A stretch of DNA of 51,141 bases, the filler included, from Basidiobolus ranarum (lineage: Eukaryota): the NCBI GenBank assembly GCA_040143965.1. It is 3 parts of 3 records of this genome, joined end to end, with 100 filler letters (N's around TTAATTAATTAA, not from the genome) between each part and the next. Parts side by side here need not be neighbours in the genome. Positions count along the whole stretch, not along the records: positions 34,180 to 51,141 come from JASJQH010000321.1; 2 more parts are not named here. One strand, 5' to 3'. The notes beneath the pieces are model-generated. The model was given only the letters and a program-made list of their open reading frames with translations, ran no database searches and was not told the origin of the DNA. Below are positions 38,456 through 51,141 of this stretch, in pieces. A program made the translations under genes and the position numbers. Every line of letters begins with the position of its first letter. Position 1 is the first letter of the stretch.

Positions 38456-38864
38456 TTTTTTAGAGCAGTACACGTACTTGTTACAATAGAGGTTTGGCCC
38501 GAAGTATATTCGAGATGGGGGATGCCTTTTTGCAGATACTCAAAACTTCCCTGGGTCACCTATAATATTTCATCTCAATAAATTCACCCATTTTCCACAT
38601 GCTAACCAATAGGATTTCTTGGGTTAGAGTTCAAATTCCCGATGAAATGATGTAAGAACAACTCGTTACTTCGTGGTGAATATCGGTTGTTTCAATAGTA
38701 TATTTTTGAAATTGGTAGTTATGCATAAATAATCAAAGCAGTATTGATGATTTTGTACATTTCTAAGTAGTATTTTATATATTTTAACTCAAAGTACAAA
38801 AAATAGAAAGTAGTTGTCTTTAATAGTGACGATTAACAATAAATGATGACCATGTCATTCCACT

Positions 38865-39827
38865 TTAGCTATTGCATTTAGACCATGCGTTGTTGGCACC
38901 CAGGAAAGAGGTAAGCACACTGAATAAACAACGTGATGGTTAGGTTAACATTCGACTTATAAAAAAGAATAATACACATACCCAGCAAGTCCAATAACTC
39001 CTTCGTTGAGATTAACATACTTCAACGAGCTCAATGGAAGCAACAAATCCACAGAGTCTATCACAAACTGGGTAACCAAATCCTTCTTGGCCCTATAATC
39101 AATAATATTCATCATTAGGGGGCAATTCAACGATCTAAAAGAAACCAGTGGGGAAACATACTTATTCAATGATTGAATCTTTTGACAAGTTTCGTCATCC
39201 AAGGCTTCTGCTTGGTCCTTCTTTACCGATTGGACACGGTTAACGGTTTCTAATTGAAGTTGAAGCTGGCGTAACTTGTAAATATCTGCGATACAAGCAA
39301 GGAGAATTCCGTAAAGCCAGAATCGGTTGGCATTGTCAGTGATCTTGCTAGCATTTTTGAATCTGTACATTCCAACCATATGTACCTAAAAAACGAGTTT
39401 AACGTTTGGTTCATTAAGTATCATAAGATAATGGATTTTACCCAGCTGAACATATCCAAGGTTAGGTATGCTGCCATAGAGGCTGCTCTACCAATATTGC
39501 AAACACGAAGTAAATCGTCTTGAATAGAGGTGGCTTTAACCATAGTGTCTACCCATTCTATAGGCTTTCCTAAACGTAATACTTCAAGAGACACAAGTCA
39601 GTATTGGTATAAGAAATGAAAAATAGTTATATCATACATCTACGAGCAACTGCAAGGTGGGATTTCAACTTGTCATTAGCAACAATGGCTCCTTTGCTGT
39701 AGTTTCCGCGAACCAAATACCATGAAAAGAATCTTGCCAAATATTGCAACAGACGATAGAACTTGTCTCTACCGTTGGTAGTGGCAGTGAACTTGATGAA
39801 GGTATTGACGACAGGTAAGGTAGACAT
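38865..39827 (-). CDS. PEX11: Peroxisomal biogenesis factor Pex11, multi-exon
   Basis: TTNGRDKFYRLLQYLARF, LAVARR|..LRLGKPIE, ANRFWLYG, DLLLPLSSL, LNEGVIGLAGVLTSFLG..W. Confidence 0.93.
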
Positions 39828-40720
39828 GAACTAAAACAGTGACAAAGGTGTCAAAACAAGCTTAGAGAGAGTAATGAAGATCAGTACTAACCACTTGGGC
39901 TATTTTTATTGTTATCGCCTATCCTTCTGTGTAAATTTGGTGTAACCAATGACATAGATCACCTCACCGCATCACGTGAAGTCTGGATCGATCCTTAAAA
40001 TACATCGTATTGTGGTTTAATGAATAATAATGGAGGGATGACAGATGGCTTGAATGTTGCAGAAATTCTTACGAATACTGATCCTTCATGTACCTTTAGT
40101 TCAAGACATTTAATCCAATTGAGGTGTACTGTACCACGGAATCCTTTCAGCACATGAAAATCAAATGTGTATGTATAGTGTAATCATACATAGAATGTGT
40201 AACTTGCCTATATGCTAGCAAAGGTATATATATAACTGGAGAACAGTTAGAAAGAGGCACATAGTTTAAATATCGTGGATGGGCCATTAATGGTAGTGTC
40301 CACTGCGACAATTGAAATTGTATCTCCGTCCGTTCGCATATTTCAACGTTTCAACGTATAATTGCTTTCCCTCTATTAAATATACAGTTACTCTATTAAA
40401 CATACAGTTACTCGTCCAGCCAGGCAATATAAGCCTCACAACCGTAAAAGATGGATGCATTATAGTCGGAACTAAGATCAAATAATTGTTCTAGGTATAA
40501 GCCATAATAGTGTACCATAATAGTGAGCCCAAATACAGCCTAGCTTGATGAGCATTCGGGCGTTGATTTGAAGCCGAGCTAAATCAGTATTGGTGGATTT
40601 CTATTTTTGATAAATGGTCTTAGTGAGATTTACCCTCACTACCATGGAATCCTCTTTGTTTCGGATATATAGAAAAAAGGGTTTATTTGGTTTTTGTTCA
40701 ACAGTAACAGTAACAGTAAA

Positions 40721-40770
40721 GGAATTGAATGGAACGGAACAGAACGGAACGGAATGGAACGGGATTGAAA
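40721..40770. repeat. Degenerate pentanucleotide (GGAAY)n microsatellite downstream of G6PD
   Basis: GGAATTGAATGGAACGGAACAGAACGGAACGGAATGGAACGGGATTGAAA. Confidence 0.75.
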
Positions 40771-40902
40771 TTGTACAGTTAAGAACAAGAAACCACCCTA
40801 ACCAACTGGAAGTTCAAATATTTACGCTCGTGAGATTCCAAAGTGACAAAAGGATGGTTTAATGCATAGGGATGTCCATTGGAGTTTCAATGATAAATTA
40901 GA

Positions 40903-42602
40903 TTATTTGCTTCGTTGATGTCCATCATCAACCCAAATGTATTCCTGTCTATCTCTTCTGAAGCCGTGACTCTCTATAAATTGGTGGGCTTCCTCAGGGC
41001 CACGAGAACCATAGACATACTTCAATGGCTCAATGTGCTCGCCTTCGATTTGATGAAGAATAGGGGTGAAGATTCTCCAGGCCTCATCTAATTCATCGTC
41101 ACGAACAAAGTTCGAATGATCTCCTTGCAAAGCATCCAAGATCAATGCCTCATAGGCTTCAGGAATTCTCATATCAGAGAACCTACGTCTGTAACTAAGA
41201 TCCAGCTCAGAAATCACTGTGTCCATGGAAAGACCAGGCTTCTTGTTGGTAATTTTCATGTAGACCGCTTCATTAGGTTGGACCCGAATAACAAGCTCAT
41301 TACGTGAATGATGGGGGAATATACAGTTCTCAACGTCACGGAATTGAATACGAATCTCTGCCTTTTGCTCATTAAGAGCTTTACCACACTTCAAAATAAA
41401 GGGGGTTCCCTGCCATCTTTCGTTATTGACGAACATCGATGCAACGGCATAAGTGGGTGTGTTCGAACCCTTGGGCACGGTATCATCATCCAAGTAGCCT
41501 GGTTTGGAGCCATCTTCACTTCCAACATATTGACCAATCAAAATGTCATCCTGAGTAATAGGCTCAATGAATTTAAGAACATCCACCTTGGCAGAACGAA
41601 TATCTTCGGCATCCAAAGAAGCAGGGCTCTCCATGGCAACGAGAGATAGGATCTGCAAAAGATCTAGAGAAAACATACTCAACATTAAAGAAAACCCTAT
41701 GATAGATTAAAATTTCGGAGATTCACTTACGGTTTTGCATGACGTCACGAATGATCCCGAACTCATCAAAGTATCCACCACGACCTTCTGTGCCGAATGG
41801 CTCTTTGAATGTGATTTGAACGTTGTCAATATATTCACGGTTCCAGATGGCACCTAGGAAGACATTTGCGAAACGAAGAGACATGATATTTTTGACCATT
41901 TCTTTGCCCAAATAATGATCGATACGATAAATCTATTGAAATAACGAATTGAGATATGGTCCCAGACATTGTCAGTAATTCATGGCAAGCTTACCTCTTC
42001 TTCCTTGAAACAAGAGCCTAAAGCATTCAAAAGCACCTTGGAAGAGTCAAAATCCTTACCGAAAGGCTTCTCCACAATAAGTCTATTAAAGCCTTTGGTG
42101 GTGTATACATTCTTTTTGACGTGTTGAGCTACGGGTATGAATACAGAAGGTGGTAAAGCCATATAAAAGACGCGGTTCATCTCTGGTTTGTCTGCGGCAA
42201 GAGTTTCCAAGTATTGGTTCAATTTTTGGTAGGGTTCATCTTTATCATATTGTCCACTGACATAATGCAGATGTTCCAAAAATCCATCAACCAAACTACG
42301 TTCACTTGGAATGAACTTCAAATACGAAACAATACGCTTCTTAAATTCCTCCAGTTCAATATCAGAACGAGCGTAACCAACAATATGAGTTTCTCTGGAT
42401 AAGAATTTGTTTCTGTACAAACCGAATAAAGCAGGATAAGTTTTCTTTTTGGCCAAATCACCAGAGGCCCCAAACACTAAAGTGATAAAAGAAGGTAAAT
42501 ACAAAGTTCACCAATATATCCCAAGTACACATGAAAAAAAGCCATGTGAGCATAATACCCACCAACAATAACCGTGTTCTCAGTAGTAAAGTTCGAAGCC
42601 AT
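40903..42602 (-). CDS. ZWF1: Glucose-6-phosphate 1-dehydrogenase, 4 exons
   Basis: [76 protein letters not shown]. Confidence 0.98.
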
Positions 42603-44099
42603 AATATCAACTCCTTTGTTTCAAATGGCCAAAGAACAAATGTGAAAGAATAGAAAGGAGAAAGCTAAGTGAACAGTTAAATGACTGACGAAACAGATAT
42701 AAAAATGCTTTGAGCATTGGGGGTACTAAATCAGGTTCCCGTTTACACCGAATTCGGTAACCCGGCTGGCCCGGCTAAAATGTCTATCTTTACTGTGGCA
42801 TAATATCGATTGAGTTCCAGCAAAACTGGGAGAAAAAAATCAATTTGTATTACCAATCAATTTCTTAAATCACCATGATATTTCCGTAGTGAATGCGATT
42901 TCTTTGGGTGACGTCAACAGCCTTTGATCCATGACTTTCCATAATTTCCAGTAATTTAAAGATTACGCATGAGGGCTAAGAGAGAACTGGACAATCTATA
43001 GATGTATTAAAATCCTGAGCTGAGGACCAAGTGCTGGGAGGATGAACAGTGAACTTAAATTTGACATTTCTGTATCACATCATTAGTGTCCATAGGTCAG
43101 ATGCCATCGATTAAATTAAAGCCTGGATTTTTTAACTTAAAGAGTATTGCTACACCATTGTTGCTCGTCTATCAATGATGACTTCTGCAAATGAGTGGAT
43201 GCCATTGCATACAATGTATGCTTTATCGTCAGGAGTGTGCATACAATTACAAAGCAATCGGAAAGTTGGTACTTATTTGGGAAGAACTTCTTCTTTAGTC
43301 TAGAAAGCCCCGTCTACCGAGATTTGGTTAGAAGTGGCTTTGAGATAATAGCTAAGTAATCGGACTAGGCCAACAACTCTTCCCTTCCTCCAGTTTATCT
43401 TGATAATACTAGAAACAGGGTGAATGATTTCCCAATAAATATGTGGTGTAGCCTCACGTGGGTTTATCTGATGCCACAAGTCAATGTCTACGTATAAGTT
43501 GCTCCGTAGTCCAAGTATTTGACTGCTCTATTGTTCTCTATGCTGACTTCTGATTACTCATCTATTCTAAAATTGGTAGCAAGTATTGCCTTATCAAGCC
43601 AATAGTAGTAACTCCGTTGGAAAATAAAACTTAATTACGACAGCAGCGGAAAGGCCAATGAACAAACAACAGTATCGGTTTCCTATAATGGACTTGATAC
43701 TGAATGGTGTAATTGTCATCCAATGAGTGGCTCTTGAACGGCACCAGATAGAAACTCGTTGTGTAGGAAGAACTTACGTATCACTGTCACTGTGAACAGA
43801 TATCGAACTTCTCGTCACGCATCAAGTGTGGTATTTTATGCAATACTTTATACAATATTTTATACAATTTGTGGCTCTTATTCATTGGTTTTTTGGCTCA
43901 GGATCAAGCTGTGATATGTTTTTCTCTCGAAATGTACATCAATTGGTAAGGCAGTCTCACCAGTGTTGAATTCCATTTGGACACAATCCAGATTTAAACT
44001 ATGTGCGTAAGATTAAATCCCAGTTGACAATTGTCACCACTGTCCAGTCATCAATATTGTCCCTGATGTCACTACAGGAGACTATATGTTATCACATTT

Positions 44100-44797
44100 T
44101 GTTGCTGAAAGATCCCAAAACTAATGACGGGGTGACTATATATTGCTAGAAGTATTGAGGGTGGATTCGAGGTATTCGTATTAAGTATTGAGGGTGGATT
44201 CGAGGTATTCGTATAACCCCGTACTCCGACGTTCACACATTTTCTAACTCTCCATCTTAATTTGATGTCTGCTAAGATAAGATATATTTAGTGGGCTATG
44301 TGTCCTAACCCTAAATGTGTCATATCTCCAAATCTGCTTCAAATTTGGAGTTCACCTACATTATGCTGCTCATCTATAACCTCGATGTTCAGATTTTAAT
44401 AACATCTTCAACATGCTAACTAGTTGAGATTTAAATGGCATGATTTGGCACTATCTAGCACTCTCCAATTCCGATTATTACTCTATATAAAATTCTAGTG
44501 ATCTTGATGTAGAACATATGGATGTTGAAAGAGTTTTGTGTAATTACTATGTGTTTGAGTGATGCTTACTAGTTAACCTAAATGTGAATATTTAATGCTT
44601 TGTAGGTAATCCTGATAGAGCAATGTGAATACAGCAGGAGCTTTGGGACTCCGGGGAATAAGCCTATTGACTTGGAGAGTCTTACTGTGTAGGTATGGAG
44701 GACTGTAGTATTTCTGGTGCAACTTCTGAGATTTTTGGATTTTTGGAAAATTCCCATATATCTGAATAATCTCTAACTGAGAGCATGCTATCCAACA
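44100..44797. mobile_element. Possible solo LTR of a second family (~700 bp)
   Basis: Bounded by TGTTG...CAACA, with an internal 33-bp tandem duplication and TATATAA, directly upstream of the copia LTR. No clean TSD and no second copy in the window. Confidence 0.35.
44151..44214. repeat. 33-bp-period tandem duplication
   Basis: AGTATTGAGGGTGGATTCGAGGTATTCGTAT occurs twice in succession. Confidence 0.9.
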
Positions 44798-44804
44798 CTT
44801 TAAT

Positions 44805-45155
44805 TGTTGAAATTAGCATTGCGTTAATTACACCTATATAGTCATATATAGCTTAGTACTTAGTTACCTTATATTTGACTAAGATATTATCCATTATTCT
44901 CATAAGGAATTTACTAAGAATATTGACACCAACTGGGATGTTCTCAGACATATATATTTTGATAACTTGTGCTAGAAGCCACAGCCTTTGTATACATGTT
45001 CCTGAGACCTTCCTTAAAGCATTGTACATGCTAGTTTATTTACATCTTGACAAAACTATCAATATCAATTTTCCACTCAATAAATCAACAAGTGAAAACC
45101 ACTGATTTCCCTAATTCTCCAAACCACTTCCTAAAGACTTCCAAATACTATAACA
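44805..45155 (+). mobile_element. 5' LTR (~351 bp) of a Ty1/copia-like element
   Basis: TGTTG...TAACA termini, immediately followed by GATTATAAGCCC (a two-mismatch form of the GGTTATGAGCCC half-tRNAiMet PBS) and then gag. Confidence 0.88.
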
Positions 45156-45186
45156 GATTATAAGCCCCAAGCTTGCACTCTCTGAA

Positions 45187-46218
45187 ATGTCTACTTCTCA
45201 AATTTATGGAACTCTCCCCTCTTCTGAAAAATTGGATAGAACCAATTATCAAGTTTAAAAATTTAAATGAAAATGCTGCTGCAAGAAAAAGACTTTGGGA
45301 CACTGTTGTAGGAGAAGAAAACAATGCAAAACTATCTGAAACCAAAGTTTTACTCCAGGCTAAAAATGAACAAAGTACTTTCAACACAATTTGTCTCAGT
45401 GTTGAAGACAAATTGCTAATTCAATGTTCAAGAGCTAAAACTGTCAAGAAGATATGGAAAGCCTGGGAAGACATCTACTAAACATGTTTTGCTGCCAACA
45501 AGATGTTTCCAAGAAGACAATTCTTTAACTTGAAGATGAAGCCAGGAGATGACATTAAATCACTAATTAATAGAGTTACTATTTTAGTGGATGAAATGGA
45601 ATGCATTGAACAACCTACCTCTAATCAAGATATCTTAGTCGCAGTCCTGAATAGCCTGCCACATGAGTCTCAGAGCCTAGTAGTGGCTCTAGAATCAAGT
45701 ACTGAAAATCTGACCTTAAATTATATACTTGGCAGACTTCTGGATGAAGATTTATGTAAATTAGTGTCCAACCAAAACTATGAAGAAAATACTTTAATAG
45801 GCTATGGGTAAACCTTCCTATAAAGGTCAAAAGCACTATAAGAGGAAAAGTAATATATTCTGTGATTACTATAAAAGAACTGGCCATTTAAACAAAGATT
45901 GCTTTAAAAGAATTGCAACAGAAGATCACTTGTTCATATCTGCTCTATCTATCACTATCAACAATGATTTTCAGACATGGTATATTGCTTCAGGAGCTTC
46001 CCAACTTCTCACAAATGAAAACCATTGGTTTGTGGAATATGAAGAAATCCTAATTAGAAAAGTTTTCATGAGGGATGACCACATATTGGATGCCATTGGA
46101 ATGGAACAGTTAAGTCAATTCAACTATACCTTCTAGGGAGAGAGTGTGTACTTTAAGGATGTATTACATGTTCCAGATATTGCCAAGAGTTTAAAATCTA
46201 TGTAGAAGGCCACCTTAC
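45187..46218 (+). pseudogene. Degenerate Ty1/copia gag plus protease
   Basis: EKLDRTNYQV*KF/MKMLLQE/LWDTV (gag N-terminus), RQFFNLKM..LNSLP..LVVALE (UBN2-type gag), broken zinc knuckle CDYYKRTGHLNKDC, WYIASGAS (protease DSGAS) and KDVLHVPDIAKSL. Stops and frameshifts present. Confidence 0.92.
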
Positions 46219-46566
46219 TGTTAACATATTTGGGAGCCAGTTGGAAGTTGTTTGGAGAATATGAGGAATTGGTGGTTTCCACTTATTGATTAATTGAGTA
46301 GAAAGTTGACATTTATAGTTTTGTCAAGATGTAAACAAGCTAACATGTAAAATATGTTAAGGAAGGTCCCAGGAACATGTGTGCAAAGTTTGGGGCTTCT
46401 AGCACAAGTTTGAAAAATCTATATATCTGAGAACTTCTAAGTTGGTAAAAATATTCCAAGTAAATTCTGATTGAGAATAATTGATAATATCTTAGTGAGT
46501 TATAAGATAACTAAGTACTAAGCTATATATGACTATATAGGTGTTTAGGCAATGCTAATTTCAACA
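46219..46566 (-). mobile_element. Full-length LTR of the same family in opposite orientation
   Basis: Reverse complement is colinear with 44805-45155 over its whole length. No TSD (CTTAC vs ATAGA). Confidence 0.9.
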
Positions 46567-46790
46567 ATAGAGATATTCCTATTTGGAATATAGGGGCTAT
46601 AGATATGTTGCTTTCTGTTTCTGATATATGTATCATGAATAAAGTTAACTATGATGTTGAATAAAGATTAATTATCCAACACTTTTTAACCCCACTTATT
46701 TACTATATCCTATTATACACTCCTGAATAACTCAAACAATTGATTAACTTTGCTATTTAAGTTACCAAATTTTCTCAAGAATAAATAACT

Positions 46791-46974
46791 AAAAAGTTTG
46801 ATGCTTCTAGGAGAAGTATGAAAAATGTATATATCAGAGACCTTCTAAATTAATAAGAATATTCCAAGTAAATTTGGATTGAGAATAGTAGGTGATATCT
46901 TGGCTTAAACATCTATATAGTCATATATAGCTTAGTATTTAGTTATTCCACATTTCACTATGTTAATTTCAACA
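46791..46974 (-). mobile_element. Partial LTR with internal ~58-bp inversion
   Basis: Matches 46385-46566 except 46902-46959, which is the reverse complement of the expected segment. Confidence 0.85.
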
Positions 46975-47763
46975 TACACTATGCCAAAATGTTGCACATA
47001 TTGGTGAATTCAAGATAATATCTCTATCCTTCATTTAATGAGGTGATGGCTATCTTCCGCATAGGCTGCATCTCTAACATTCCAAAATTAGCACTAATCA
47101 ACATTGAGCTTGCTATATTGTAACTCCTAGTATCAACATTCTCATATAATTATGTTTTACTGAGCATAACAAGAACCTGGCAATGTAAGAAGCGATCCAG
47201 CCAAGGTATATTAACCAAGCCACTTTCTTGTGCAGGTGATCTGCTCACATTGTGAAATATACATCTCTGCAATCTATCCAATACTCTAACAGTGACCGAC
47301 CAGCAGACTTTTGTGAATATCGGATAAGACCTCGGTACATATATTGATTAATTTGATGTGTTGAAGGCAGATAGAATGTTTCCACCAAATGTTAAATCGA
47401 GTTATATTCTATTATACAAGGATTTATCCACGCTTCCATAAATTACGCCCCATATTAAAAGAAGTTTGATTTGCATCAGCTCATCACCAATTATAGAGTA
47501 TTGCTTGATCACATTTCTACAGAAATAGATGAACATCCAATGAAAATTAACTATATGGGCAGGTTTCAATTGAAAGGAACGAATGTGAGCTTGATCGACT
47601 TTTTTTTTTGATGAAACTGCACACTTCCGTCAAGATTTGGTAATCAGTTAGGGGAATATCTACTTGTCTTGAGCCTGCTTTCTTCCAACACCAATTCCGT
47701 TTTACAGAAGAAATACAAGCTAGCTAAGATACTATTTACAACAACTATCCTTTCGAAAAATCG

Positions 47764-49410
<1,647 letters not shown>

Positions 49411-50859
49411 TTACTGCAACTCACCCTTTCTGTATTTCACTTCATATTTATATTGTTGATTCTAAATGAATCGATCTATTCCTCGTCGCCTTTCCCAATA
49501 TTCCCGTACTGTTACATCTAACTAAATGGAAATATGACTTTTCCTGATCTCTGTTTGAAACCTGATGGGCTAGTGAGCGAGATTTCTCGACTTTTTTAGC
49601 CCGATAAGAATCCTTAATTTTGATTGTTATAATGGCATTGGTGTCATATTAACCCTGTTATTTCCTTTTTGGACTTGTTACTTTCCATTCTTGCAACATA
49701 ACAAACCTAATTTGGCAAAGATTATTAACCGATGCTTATTAATAGCCTTCGTATGGTCTTCAGGCTGTAGCAAAAATACGATGAATGGTAGTGTCACCAA
49801 ATGCAATGCACTTTCACAGTGAAACTTCGTGCATTAGGTTTTGGAACTGAGTGTACATATATACCAGTTCGATAGAACTCCATACTATTATTATGTGGGC
49901 TTGGTGTTTGTCAATTTTTGGAATTTTACTGAGTCGGATTCATCCTATATCCGCCAATAGGTCAGTAATGGTCATTTTAGCCTATAAGCAATTTGGAAGG
50001 ATATTTGGAACGTGGCCGGTCTCAAAGACAGAGGCACCTTTTCCTATGAAAATGGCTACCAGCCAGAGATGGTATGCAAGTATGTTGCACTTTGATTCGT
50101 TGGAGGGGGAGAGATGGGCCCATGTACTTGAACGTCATCGACTGAATTGAAACTCTCTAAATCGGTTGCGAAGCTCGAGCTATGTTTATCCTCTTAAGCA
50201 CGTCATTAATAATTGCAGCCTCGGTTAACTGCATGGCTACTCAAAATAATGAGCAGGCTTCGGTGAGCCCATGCACTAATGTCTATGGTATAATCGGATC
50301 TATGGTACTGAACAGTGGAGGGGGGTATGCGTAGTCAGACAATGTTCTACTAGTCAGCGAGCACATTTAGGATCAATGTTTAGCATTCCTGAGTATTCTG
50401 ATTGATTTATTCCACAGCACACTAATTAATAGAAAGAAACATTGGGAGATGAAGATGGTAACCAAGTCACGTTGCTATGAAGTGACGTGAATCAGTTACA
50501 TCAGAACAATAGCTATGGTACAGGAGGAAAGAACAAGAGCGTTTAGGAATAAAACATAGAACAAACAATATCAATTTGATCACCAATAATACCAGGAAAA
50601 AATTGATGTGTTGTGTCACTTAATACTTCTGAGGGATGTGGGACAATATTAATGCTTGAGACTCTCTTTACTACCAAGTATACGCATTCTTAATAAAATA
50701 TCTCCCTTAATTTAAATTATTATCAATGCGAAACTAGAGAATTAATTAATGTATCTGTGAATACAAAATACAGTTCACAAACCAAACTGGCCAGAAATAT
50801 TACTCGACTTTTCAAGCTTATGCCTATTCCTCGAGTTTTGTCCACTGTTTGTACAAGCT

Positions 50860-51141
50860 ATGTCAAAACCTGAGTTAGAAGAAGAAGCTTCAAATATCTC
50901 TCAGTACAGAGGAAGCTCCTCTAAGCCTTCTCGAAAACCTTCACCCTTGATTCTCCCAGTGGCTTCTCCATCTTCTCCTATTTAATATTCTTCTACTCAA
51001 CAATTAGCCAACTCACCCAATTCCCCTTTGAGGCGTTCTACAGCATTTTATGGGAAAGGAAAAGAAAAACGAAGGCAAAGCTTCGTAGACGGGTCGTCTT
51101 CTGCTTCACCTGTTAGCTAGAGTCCTGCCCAAGAATCTCCG
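50860..51141 (+). pseudogene. Ser/Pro-rich reading frame interrupted by in-frame TAA and TAG, running off the window
   Basis: MSKPELEEE..RKPSPLILPVASPSSPI*YSSTQQLANSPNSPLRRSTAFYGKGKEKRRQSFVDGSSSASPVS*SPAQESP. Composition stays protein-like across both stops. Confidence 0.5.

Noticed and set aside
40822..40905. Cryptic peroxisomal PTS1 on G6PD by stop readthrough (gene ends RSK*, next to PEX11)
   Set aside because: The stop is TAA TCT rather than TGA CTA, and the read-through extension ends in SRA, not a canonical PTS1.
50860..51141. TAA/TAG reassigned to Gln (alternative genetic code)
   Set aside because: Conserved genes here terminate properly at TAA or TAG (VPS60, EMC1, G6PD, P450) and show no internal stops.

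Overview
Eukaryotic, intron-rich, AT-rich DNA. The gene set and short GT-AG introns point to an early-diverging fungus (inference, no search run). Two 100-nt N-padded TTAATTAATTAA linkers (17012-17111, 34080-34179) are artificial joins, so adjacency across them is unproven. Genes in order: ELM1-family protein (-), intronless OFA-type MFS transporter (-) plus a decayed inverted copy (+), cytochrome P450 (-), tRNA-Gly(CCC), VPS60/CHMP5, a small Cys/His-motif protein, tetraspanin, MED1, TRIP4/RQT4, F-box/LRR protein, indoleamine 2,3-dioxygenase-like gene, Ser/Thr/Pro-rich probable GPI protein (5'-truncated), EMC1, PEX11, G6PD, a dead Ty1/copia remnant and an S6K/Psk1-like kinase. Most notable: (1) a repeat-spacer array (22-23 nt repeat, unique 20-22 nt spacers) upstream of the IDO gene; (2) a fungal ELM1 homologue with a presequence-like N-terminus; (3) a ~350-bp LTR family whose copies are repeatedly inverted, including an in-place ~58-bp flip; (4) near-total CpG loss and G>A/C>T lesions in repeats and pseudogenes; (5) a P450 lacking the I-helix acid residue. 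No new system is proven by the sequence alone.
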